Part shown: positions 20,511 through 28,402 of the stretch, in pieces
Position numbering within the stretch: the first letter of the stretch is position 1
Layout: the number at the start of each line of letters is the position of its first letter
DNA from: Candidatus Eiseniibacteriota bacterium
GTDB lineage: Bacteria > ARS69
Direction of reading: 5' to 3'
Assembly (NCBI GenBank): GCA_052390515.1
Contig: JBQTGV010000032.1
Coordinates: 1-47,496 of the forward strand
Length of the DNA: 47,496 nucleotides
The notes under the pieces: generated by a model
The model's input: the letters and a program-made list of their open reading frames with translations, nothing else
The model's database searches: none
Told to the model about the DNA's origin: nothing
Translations under genes and position numbers: made by a program

Positions 20511-20615
20511 ACTCCACCTCGAGAAAGACGCTCGCGAAGACCTCGCTTAACCTCGCTCGGCGTCCGTGCCTCGCTCGGATCGGCGCCTTCGCGGCCGTTT
20601 GTCTCGAGACGGAAC
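20511..20615 (-). repeat. Structured inverted-repeat element (MITE/REP-like), copy 2
   Basis: Minus strand begins GTTCCGTCTCGA like copy 1. The internal 30-nt motif is 25/30 identical. The terminal arms pair with G-U wobbles on the minus strand. Confidence 0.75.
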
Positions 20616-20641
20616 GGTAGACGCTGCCTCGGCCATCCCCG

Positions 20642-22471
20642 CTACGCCGGGACGCCCGCCGGCTCGCGTCGCCGCGCCCCCGTCTCCGGGGAGAACGCCG
20701 GGAAGCGCAGCGTGAACTTCGCTCCGCGGCCGGAGCCGCTCTCCAGCAGGATCTCCCCGCCGTGGTCCTTCACGATACCGTAGCTCACCGAGAGTCCCAG
20801 CCCCGTTCCCTTGCCGCCGGGCTTCGTGGTGAAGAACGGTTCGAAGATCTGCGCCTGGATCTCGCGGGGGATGCCCGGGCCGTCGTCCCGCACGACGATG
20901 GACACGGTGCCTCCCGGATCCCGTGACGTCCCGGCGACCACCGTGCCGCCGCGTTCGCCCATGGCCTGGTGCGCGTTCACCAGCAGGTTGACGACGACTT
21001 GCTGCAGCTGATTGGAGCTGCCGCGGACCATCGGGTGTTCGTCGCTCGGCTCGAGGACCAGCTTGACGCGGTCGAGCTCCAGCTGATGGTTGACGATGGC
21101 CGCGGCGTCGGCGAGCACCGAGTTGAGATCGGTGGGCTCCAGCACAGCCTTCTCCTGGCGGGCGAAGCGCAGCAGGTTCTCCACGATGTCCTGGCAGCGC
21201 CGCGTCTCCTTCTCGATGAGCGTCAGGTTGCGGTGGATGCGCGAGCCCTCTTCCACCTTGCGGAGCGACAGCTGGGCGCATCCGAGGATCCCGGCCAGCG
21301 GATTCTTCACCTCGTGCGCGATGCCGGCTCCGAGCTGGCCGAACGCCGCCATCTTCTCCGACTGCACGAGCTGCCGCTGCGTCTCGGTGAGCGCGGACTC
21401 GCGCGCACGCAGCTCGTGCGCCATCTGGTTGAACGCGACCGACAGCGCACCGATCTCGTCGCGCGGGCCGACGTCGACCTCGATGTCGAACTCGCCCTTT
21501 CCTACCTTGCGCGTGGCGGCCACGAGCCTCTCGACCGGACGCGTGATGCGCGCGGATCCCACGAGACCGACGGCGGCTGCGGCGACGAGCAGCAGGAGCG
21601 CGACCGTGGTGAGCCGGTTCAGGATCTCCCGGGAGGCGAGGAAGGCGGCCGACTTGGGGATGCGCACGCCCGCGGTGACGCCGCCCAGGCCGGGGCTGGC
21701 GAAGCCGCCGATCATCTCGGTCGCGCCGTCGGAAAACTCCTTCGTCACCGCGGCACCGAAGCGCAGGTCCCGCGTCCCGTCGGGCAGCGGGAACGCCGCC
21801 CGGTCGCGCAGCTTCGCCGGATCCCGGTGGGCCAGCAGCACGCCGTCCGCGTCCACGATGAACACCTCGAAGGCGTGCGAGCGGGAAGCGATCTGCGCGA
21901 TGCCGTCGAGCCGGATGAGCCCCACGACCGCGCGCGGCTTGCCGCGGCCCTGCGGATCGAGCGGCACGGCGAGCGCGAGCACGGGAAGCCCCGGCGCGAG
22001 CGTCCGGTTCTCTACGACCGGCCCGATCTCCGCCAGCCGATCCAGTGGAATCGGGCGCGAGGCCAGGTCCTTGCGCAGGTCCTCGCGCGACAGTCCGCTC
22101 GCTTGCAGCGCCGCGGTATCGAAGGCGGACGTCGTCTCTCGTTCGCCCTCGTAGAGGAAGAGCCCCACGAGTCCGTCGAACTCCTCGAAGTGCGCGGACA
22201 TGAGCGCCGACCTCTGCTCCCGGCCGATCGCCGGATCGGTGACCACGCGGCCGACCATGCGCAGGCGGTCGCGGTAGCCGGCCAGCACCGAGCGGCACTC
22301 CTCGGAGGCGCTCATCGCGATCAGAGAGGCGAGGTCGTGGATGTACGTCCTCTTGTCCTCGTGGAACATGCCGGCCATCGCGTACGTGATCACGCTGACC
22401 ACCGCCGTCACGACGACCAGCAGCGTCACCAGGATCTTGAGACGGATGGGGAACGACGCCTTCGTTTCCAT
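20642..22471 (-). CDS. Membrane sensor histidine kinase (extracytoplasmic Cache-like domain, HAMP)
   Basis: Two TM segments, HAMP (DEIGAL..AFNQM), [29 protein letters not shown] and GTGLGL. Confidence 0.93.
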   Translation of the reverse strand: METKASFPIRLKILVTLLVVVTAVVSVITYAMAGMFHEDKRTYIHDLASLIAMSASEECRSVLAGYRDRLRMVGRVVTDPAIGREQRSALMSAHFEEFDGLVGLFLYEGERETTSAFDTAALQASGLSREDLRKDLASRPIPLDRLAEIGPVVENRTLAPGLPVLALAVPLDPQGRGKPRAVVGLIRLDGIAQIASRSHAFEVFIVDADGVLLAHRDPAKLRDRAAFPLPDGTRDLRFGAAVTKEFSDGATEMIGGFASPGLGGVTAGVRIPKSAAFLASREILNRLTTVALLLLVAAAAVGLVGSARITRPVERLVAATRKVGKGEFDIEVDVGPRDEIGALSVAFNQMAHELRARESALTETQRQLVQSEKMAAFGQLGAGIAHEVKNPLAGILGCAQLSLRKVEEGSRIHRNLTLIEKETRRCQDIVENLLRFARQEKAVLEPTDLNSVLADAAAIVNHQLELDRVKLVLEPSDEHPMVRGSSNQLQQVVVNLLVNAHQAMGERGGTVVAGTSRDPGGTVSIVVRDDGPGIPREIQAQIFEPFFTTKPGGKGTGLGLSVSYGIVKDHGGEILLESGSGRGAKFTLRFPAFSPETGARRREPAGVPA

Positions 22472-22479
22472 GGGAATCC

Positions 22480-23769
22480 TCAGAAGAGTGCCTTGACCAC
22501 GCGGCTCCGATACGTCCGGTTGCCGGCGCCGTCGACCGCCTCCACGACGACCTTGTTCCCCCCGCGCGACAAGTCGAGGGAGACCTCGAAGCGGCCCGAG
22601 TCGTCGACCTCCGCTTCCTGCGAACCCACCGACACCGTGGCGCCGGCCTCGGTGCTGCCGGTCAGCAGCAGCTTCCTCTCCCGAACCACGAAGTCCGGCC
22701 AGGCCACCTCGAGCGGCGGGCTTTCTCCATCGAGAACGAGGTCGAGCTGCCGCGCGGCCGACGGTTCACCTTCCACGGGCCCGCGACGGCTCGCCACCGA
22801 CCATCGCCAGGCGCCTCCCTCGTTCATACCCACGTTGGCGAACGTCTCGTCGACGATCCGATCGATGCGAACCGCGCCGGAGCCGACGCCTGGTTCGAGG
22901 ATCAAGCGGTAGGACGTCGCCCCTTCGACCTCCGCCCAGCGGAACTCGACCCAGGCGGGACGCGACTTCTCGACGATGCGGAAGCCCTCGCCCGGCTCGT
23001 GGAGCGCGGGTGCGGGCAGGAGGGCGCGCGGTGCCTCCAGGCTCCCGTCGGGACCGATGGACACGCCCTGGCTGGCGCCCACGTCCACCGTTCGGTTCCC
23101 CGCCGTGACGCGCGCGGTCCCCTCGAACACGGTGAACGTCGCGCCCTGGTCCTCGCGCACTTCGACACGGAACGTCGGCGGCGGAGCCGAGCCGTCGGAG
23201 GCGGCCTCGATCCGCGTCCGGCCGGCTGGGGTCTCCACGACCATGCGCATCGGCTCGCCGGGACTGCCGCCGAGCGTTCCGCGCAGCTCGCCTCCGAACA
23301 CCGCGATGGTCACGCGCCGGTGGCCGCCGTCCGATTCGCCTTCGACGCTCTTGAGGACGATCAGGGAGTTCTCGCCGAGCACGAGCGATCCCGCCGAGCC
23401 GAACGTGATCGTCGCTTCCGAGCCGGCGAGGGTCTGGACGGAGTGCATCGCGCCGAGCGTCAGTCCCTGCTTCGCGTCCTGCCAGGCGATCGCCTCGTGC
23501 GGCTTGTCCTTGACCTTGCGGACGATCCGCTCGAGCGTGGCGATCTCTCCGCCGGCGCCGGGAATCGCCGAGAGATCCAGCTGGCGGAGCGCGGACTGCG
23601 CGTCCGCCGCCGATCCGTCCGCGGCGCGGATGTACGAACGCAGGCTCAGGCCTTCCGGAAACGTGAAGTTGACGACGCCGAGGAAGAACGCGAAGCACGC
23701 GATGACGAGCGAGGCCGAGAGCAGGGACTCCCGGCCCGCGCTTCCTCTGAGGCGATCGCTCCGCGTCAT
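22480..23769 (-). CDS. FecR-domain membrane protein with C-terminal Ig/FN3-like domains
   Basis: One TM segment, FecR-like VQT..GSEATI.F..LVLGENS, VFEGTARV, and C-terminal GGNKVVVEAVDGAGN Ig-like motif. Confidence 0.75.
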   Translation of the reverse strand: MTRSDRLRGSAGRESLLSASLVIACFAFFLGVVNFTFPEGLSLRSYIRAADGSAADAQSALRQLDLSAIPGAGGEIATLERIVRKVKDKPHEAIAWQDAKQGLTLGAMHSVQTLAGSEATITFGSAGSLVLGENSLIVLKSVEGESDGGHRRVTIAVFGGELRGTLGGSPGEPMRMVVETPAGRTRIEAASDGSAPPPTFRVEVREDQGATFTVFEGTARVTAGNRTVDVGASQGVSIGPDGSLEAPRALLPAPALHEPGEGFRIVEKSRPAWVEFRWAEVEGATSYRLILEPGVGSGAVRIDRIVDETFANVGMNEGGAWRWSVASRRGPVEGEPSAARQLDLVLDGESPPLEVAWPDFVVRERKLLLTGSTEAGATVSVGSQEAEVDDSGRFEVSLDLSRGGNKVVVEAVDGAGNRTYRSRVVKALF

Positions 23770-23928
23770 TCGGCCCCCCGGATGCTCGCCCCGGAAACGG
23801 CGTCCCGCTCTTCGCGTTTCGACGCGGGCGTGTCCGCGCTTGATCGGCGTCGCCGCGAACGCGAAGCGCCCCTGGGAAAACCGGTCAGGTCTGGGAGGAA
23901 GTTGCCGGCCGTGGCACGGGGCCCTGGT

Positions 23929-24984
23929 CTACGACGCCCGGGTCTCTCCGAGGAGGAGGAAGCAGGCCTTGAAAGCGACGGCGACGCGCTGCGAGGTGTC
24001 TTGCTGGCCGGGAACGCCCCAGAGATCCCAGCCGACGCGGCCCAGGTCGTGCCGCACGCCGAGCTCGCGCAGACGGCGCCGGATCCCGTCGTGGATCTCC
24101 TCGCCGCCGAGCAGCTCCGAGGTGATCCCGTGGCAGGCAGCGCAGGTTTCGCGGGAGAACTCGCCCGAGAGGAGCGCGCGTACGCCCCGGGGCTCCTGGG
24201 TGGCCACCGCGGCGAGGATCCCCTCGAGCCGCGTCGAGGTCTCCTCCGCGAGGCGGTGGTGCCGTTCGCTCGCCCGGTCGCCGATGAGCCCCCGCAGGGG
24301 CTCGGAGAGCGTGCCGACCTCCGCGTAGATCTCCCTCCACTGCCGGAACCAGTCCGACGGGGGCAGATCGCCGCGGGCCGTGCGCCTCATCGTGGCGCGC
24401 AGGAGCTGACCGTTCGAGGCCATCAGCAGGCGATGGCGGTACAGGGCACGGGTGACCTCGGCTTGCGGGGACGGATCGTGCTCGAGCTCGGCCCAGTAGC
24501 GGGCGGCGGCTTCCGGGTCCAGCGTCTCCTCCGCGCGAAGCGTGAGCGGCCGGCCGTGGAACTGGAAGCAGAAGGTCTCCCACGTCCCATCCGCGTCGGC
24601 GTCGAACGAGGGCGTGCCCCACAGCCCGGTGGCCCGCACGATGCCGGCGTCGTCCACCGCGACGGCGAGACGCCCGCCGTCGGGGACCGCCACCACGACG
24701 ATCCGCAGCGCGACATCCGCCCGGCCGAGGCGCGTCTGTCCGGTATAGATGCGGCTGAATCCGCTCTCGTGACCGGTGAGCTGCGCGACGCGCGCCAGGA
24801 GCCTCTCGTTCGGCTGGCTCTCGGCCACCTCGAGCTCGCGGACGTCCAGCCCGAGCTCCATGCCCAGGTCCAGGCCGTCGATCATCCCGGAGCCGGGGAG
24901 GGTCTCGCCCACCCCGCACGCGGCCAGGGCGAGGGGCGCGGTGACGAGAGCGAGCCCGAGCCGGAGCGCGCGCGGTGTGGCCAA
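23929..24984 (-). CDS. Lipoprotein with a single C-terminal CxxCH heme c motif
   Basis: TTG start after GAGGTGG, lipobox LAAC, and CAACH after a helical region as in class II/c'-type cytochromes. Confidence 0.65.
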   Translation of the reverse strand: MATPRALRLGLALVTAPLALAACGVGETLPGSGMIDGLDLGMELGLDVRELEVAESQPNERLLARVAQLTGHESGFSRIYTGQTRLGRADVALRIVVVAVPDGGRLAVAVDDAGIVRATGLWGTPSFDADADGTWETFCFQFHGRPLTLRAEETLDPEAAARYWAELEHDPSPQAEVTRALYRHRLLMASNGQLLRATMRRTARGDLPPSDWFRQWREIYAEVGTLSEPLRGLIGDRASERHHRLAEETSTRLEGILAAVATQEPRGVRALLSGEFSRETCAACHGITSELLGGEEIHDGIRRRLRELGVRHDLGRVGWDLWGVPGQQDTSQRVAVAFKACFLLLGETRAS

Positions 24985-25134
24985 GGGGCACCACCTCTGC
25001 GGACGGGGGAGGAGAGAAGACGAGCCGTACCACGGCTTCCGGCCGCGATCAAGCGCCCGGGAAGGCGGGCCCGGCGGCGGGGTCGGTCCCGGTCCGATCT
25101 GTTAGTCTCGCGGCGAACCGGGAGGGCACGACCC

Positions 25135-26829
25135 ATCGCACCGGACTCGGCGGACCCGAAGACGCGCCCCGCCCGGCTCGCCGGACGCCACCTGCGCGCG
25201 GTCTGCCTGATCCTGCTGGTCCTGCCGGCCGCCCTTCCCCTGCTCCGCCCGGGATGGCTGCAGAGCCACGAGGGCGTCGCCTACCCGATCCGCGTCGTCG
25301 AGGTCGCCCGGTGCTGGTCGGACGGCCTGTGGTCGGCGATGTGGTTCCCGGACCTGAACCAGGGGCGCGGGTACCCGTTCCTCGCGTTCTACGCGCCGCT
25401 CGTGTTCTTCGCAGCGGGCGCGCTGCACTCGCTCGGCGCGTCGCTGGCGCTCTGCCTGAAGCTGGTGGTCGTGCTGGGCATGGCCGCGGGCGCGTCGGGC
25501 GCGTACCGGCTGCTCCGCCTCGGCTTCGCGCCGTGCGGGGCGATCGCCGGGGCGGCGCTCTGCAGCTACGCACCGTACCACGTTCGTGACCTCACCATCC
25601 GCGGCGACCTCGCCGAGTTCGTCGCCGCGAGCTTCCTGCCGTGGAGCCTCTTCGCCGTCCTGCGTCTCGCGCGCAAGCATCGCCCGGGCGACGTCGTCCT
25701 CGCCGCGGCGCTCGGCGCCTTGCCCGTCCTGACGCACAACATCGTCGCGCTCTTCGGCGGCGGGATGATGGTCCTCGCCGCGGCGGCCGCCGCAGCCGTG
25801 TCACCGCGCAAGATCGCCACCGCGACCGCGGCCGCGTGCGCCGGTGCGGGAACCCTCGCCCTGTCCGCGTTCTTCTGGCTACCGGCGCTGTACGAGCGGC
25901 GTCACGTGCGCATCGACGCGATGACCGAGGGCATCTACGACGTCGAGCGCAACTTCCTGGCGCTTCGGGACTTCTTCGCGACGCCGGCGGTTCCGGGCAT
26001 CGGCCAGCAGCTGCCCATGTCCTTCGAGCTGGGCTGGCCCGCTCTCGCCGGGCTCGCCTTCCTGCCGTTCGCGCTGCGTGGGGCCACCGGGATGCGCGCC
26101 GCGTTGCTCGCGCTCGGGGCCGCTGCGTCGCTGGGCGGGCTCGTGATGACCATGCCGGCCGGCGCGCCGATCTACGACGCCGTCCCGCTGCTGCGGTTCG
26201 TGCAGTTTCCCTGGCGCTTCCTCGTTCTCGTCTCGCTGGGGCTCGGCGTGCTCGGCGGCGCGGGGCTCGGCGCGTTCCTCGCCGGCCGGATTGCTTGGGT
26301 GCGCTCCGTCGTCGCGGGCGCGGCCGCGATCTTCGCCGTGACCGCGGTCTCGCCCTTGCTCGGACCGAAACCGCACGGCGAGATCCCTCCCTGGTCGGTC
26401 GATCCGGAAGAGCTGGCCCGCGGCCGCCAGACCGCGACGGGAGTGGGCGAGTATCAACCGCGCTGGGCCGGCGAAGCACCGCCCGCCCGCGAGTTCGACC
26501 GCGGGATCCGCGCTCCCGAAGGCGTCCGCATCGAGGGCGAAGGCCGCAGCGTGGGACGCTACGAGTTCGTCGTCGAGAGCGCCGGCCCGTCGACGATCCT
26601 GCTGCGCGACGTGTACTACCCGGGTTGGACGGCGGAGGTCGGCGGGCGGGAGGTGTCGATCCGACCGCACGCCGAGAACGGCCAGTTGGAGCTCGACGTC
26701 GGGCCGGGCCGGCACGAAGTGCGCGTGCGGTTGGAAGCGACGCCGTTGCGGCGCGTCGCTCGCCTCGTTTCCGCCGCGGCCGCCGTGGCGGCCCTCGTCA
26801 CGCTGGCGTTCGTGCGGCGCCGGAGCTGA
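25135..26829 (+). CDS. Membrane protein, PTPS-related/YfhO-like GT-C family
   Basis: W.PDLNQGRGYPFL.FYAPL, RGDLAE, LTHN, QFPWRFL, GEYQP and YYPGW motifs. The start is uncertain; an in-frame ATC at 25135 follows GGAGG. Confidence 0.8.
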   Translation: MAPDSADPKTRPARLAGRHLRAVCLILLVLPAALPLLRPGWLQSHEGVAYPIRVVEVARCWSDGLWSAMWFPDLNQGRGYPFLAFYAPLVFFAAGALHSLGASLALCLKLVVVLGMAAGASGAYRLLRLGFAPCGAIAGAALCSYAPYHVRDLTIRGDLAEFVAASFLPWSLFAVLRLARKHRPGDVVLAAALGALPVLTHNIVALFGGGMMVLAAAAAAAVSPRKIATATAAACAGAGTLALSAFFWLPALYERRHVRIDAMTEGIYDVERNFLALRDFFATPAVPGIGQQLPMSFELGWPALAGLAFLPFALRGATGMRAALLALGAAASLGGLVMTMPAGAPIYDAVPLLRFVQFPWRFLVLVSLGLGVLGGAGLGAFLAGRIAWVRSVVAGAAAIFAVTAVSPLLGPKPHGEIPPWSVDPEELARGRQTATGVGEYQPRWAGEAPPAREFDRGIRAPEGVRIEGEGRSVGRYEFVVESAGPSTILLRDVYYPGWTAEVGGREVSIRPHAENGQLELDVGPGRHEVRVRLEATPLRRVARLVSAAAAVAALVTLAFVRRRS

Positions 26830-26832
26830 CGG

Positions 26833-27696
26833 TCAGTGCGCGCCGGGTCCGCCCGGTGCCGGCGCCGCGTACAGCCCGCGCACCACGCCGACCTTCTCCA
26901 GCGCGCGGAGCGTCCACCACGTCGGATCGAGCTCGAACCAGCGGAGCCCGTGGCGCGCGGAGCGCTGGTGCGCGTGGTGGTTGTTGTGCCAGCCCTCGCC
27001 CCAGGAGATCAGCGCGACCCACCAGTTGTTCCGGGAGTCGTCGCCGGTGGGGAAGGTCTGGTAGCCCCACGTGTGCGACGCGGAGTTCACCAGCCAGGTC
27101 GCGTGGTAGGAGAACACGGTGCGGACCGCGAGCCCCCAGATGAGCCAGCCCCAGCCGCCGAGCAGGTAGAGCACCACGCCGAGAACCGCTTGCGGCACCC
27201 AGAACCAGCGGTCCAGCCACGCGAGGACCGGCTCCTTGCGCAGGTCCTTCGCCGCGTCCAGCGGGTTCCGGCCGAGCGGGTCGTGGCAGAGGCACCACAG
27301 CAGGTGCGCCCAGAGGAAGCCGTGTCGCGGCGAGTGCGGGTCATCCTCGGTATCCGAGTCCCGGTGATGGATGCGATGGATCCCGACCCAGCGCACCGGA
27401 CCGCCCTGATAGTTCATCGTGCCGAGCACGGCCAGCAGGTAGCGGAACGCCTTCGACGTCTCGAAACCGCGGTGCGTCAGCAGGCGGTGATAACCCATGG
27501 AGATGCCGAGGCCGCACGTGGCCCAGTAGAGCACGCCGGCCACGGCGAGGGCGCTCCAGCTGAAGGTCGCCGGTGCGAAGAGGCACATGGCGTGCAGCCC
27601 GGCGATCCCGAGGAAATGGTCCCATCGGATCCTGTCCAGACCCCACCGGCGAATCTCCGGCGCGGCCGCCACCCCACCTGTTGTCGCAGGGTCCAA
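26833..27696 (-). CDS. Delta-9 acyl-CoA/acyl-lipid fatty acid desaturase (DesC/OLE1-like)
   Basis: His boxes HRLLTH, HRIHH and HNNHH. Start reassigned to TTG 27696 (GGAGG-aacc-TTG) because the longer ORF crosses a terminator. Confidence 0.93.
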   Translation of the reverse strand: MDPATTGGVAAAPEIRRWGLDRIRWDHFLGIAGLHAMCLFAPATFSWSALAVAGVLYWATCGLGISMGYHRLLTHRGFETSKAFRYLLAVLGTMNYQGGPVRWVGIHRIHHRDSDTEDDPHSPRHGFLWAHLLWCLCHDPLGRNPLDAAKDLRKEPVLAWLDRWFWVPQAVLGVVLYLLGGWGWLIWGLAVRTVFSYHATWLVNSASHTWGYQTFPTGDDSRNNWWVALISWGEGWHNNHHAHQRSARHGLRWFELDPTWWTLRALEKVGVVRGLYAAPAPGGPGAH

Positions 27697-27733
27697 GGTT
27701 CCTCCCGGCGCCCCGAGGGCGCCCGTCGCTCCG

Positions 27734-27766
27734 AAAAAAGGGGCCGCCCGGAGCCCGGGCGACCCC
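27734..27766 (-). terminator. Intrinsic terminator after the csp gene
   Basis: GGGGTCGCCCGG-gct-CCGGGCGGCCCC followed by TTTTTT. Confidence 0.88.
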
Positions 27767-27791
27767 AAGTCAGAACTTAGATGTTCGTGGC

Positions 27792-28010
27792 TCAGCCGTC
27801 GAGCTTGACGACGTTCTCCGCCGCCGGACCCTTCGTGCCCTGCACCACGTCGAACTCCACCCGCTGCCCTTCGGCCAGCGTGCGGAAGCCGCCGTTCGGC
27901 TGCTGGATCGCCGAATGGTGCACGAAAACGTCCTTCTCTCCGTCCTCACGCGAAATGAAGCCGAAGCCCTTCTCGTCGTTGAACCACTTCACCGTTCCGG
28001 TGGTACGCAT
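27792..28010 (-). CDS. Cold-shock protein (CspA family)
   Basis: [15 protein letters not shown] (RNP1), DVFVHHSAI (RNP2) and GPAAENV; GGGAG RBS. Confidence 0.97.
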   Translation of the reverse strand: MRTTGTVKWFNDEKGFGFISREDGEKDVFVHHSAIQQPNGGFRTLAEGQRVEFDVVQGTKGPAAENVVKLDG

Positions 28011-28240
28011 CCTGCCGTACTCCCTGGTTTGTTCTCGATTCGTCGGAGTCCGGCCCTGCCGTACCAACCAACGACTCGTACTCCCGCTGACCCCCGCGGG
28101 CGGGTGCGCCGTCCGTTCTCGATCGGCGCGCACGGGGAGCGGTCACCCGCCCCCGATTCCAACGGCCGCGCCGCCGCGCGGCATCCATCCGTTCGCCCTG
28201 CGGCTGGCACGTCCCGAGACGTTGCACCGGGCGGCGAGTC

Positions 28241-28315
28241 TGGCTCCCCGGGTAGGACTCGAACCTACAACCCTGCGGTTAACAGCCGCATGCTCTACCA
28301 TTGAGCTACCGAGGA
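28241..28315 (-). tRNA. tRNA-Asn (GTT)
   Basis: TCCTCGGTAGCTCAATGGTAGAGCATGCGGCT-GTT-AACCGCAGGGTTGTAGGTTCGAGTCCTACCCGGGGAGCCA folds as a cloverleaf with encoded CCA. Confidence 0.97.
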
Positions 28316-28373
28316 GCGAATTCGAGGCTTCTTCCCCGTGGTGCGTTCCGGGAGGGCGGCAATTCAGCCGGGC

Positions 28374-28402
28374 AAGGTAGCTCACGACCCTGCCTCTGTC
28401 AA
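28374..28402 (-). promoter_or_regulatory. sigma70 promoter for tRNA-Asn
   Basis: TTGACA-N17-TACCTT followed by a GC-rich discriminator; overlaps the 3' end of the hybrid kinase gene. Confidence 0.75.

Noticed and set aside
22999-25134. N-terminal ~710 aa of the 1276-aa plus-strand ORF
   Set aside because: It is antisense to the FecR and lipoprotein genes and has low-complexity Arg/Gly/Ala composition. Only the part from about 25135 looks like a real protein.
27697-27768. Desaturase start at TTG 27768
   Set aside because: It would run through the csp terminator; a GGAGG-preceded TTG exists at 27696.
28204-28226. TGGCACG..TTGCA as a sigma54 site (also TGGCACG at about 15178 and 23912)
   Set aside because: The spacing is not GG-N10-GC.
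28241-28315. tRNA-Asn as a genomic island integration site
   Set aside because: I saw no integrase, no duplicated tRNA 3' end and no obvious compositional shift nearby.
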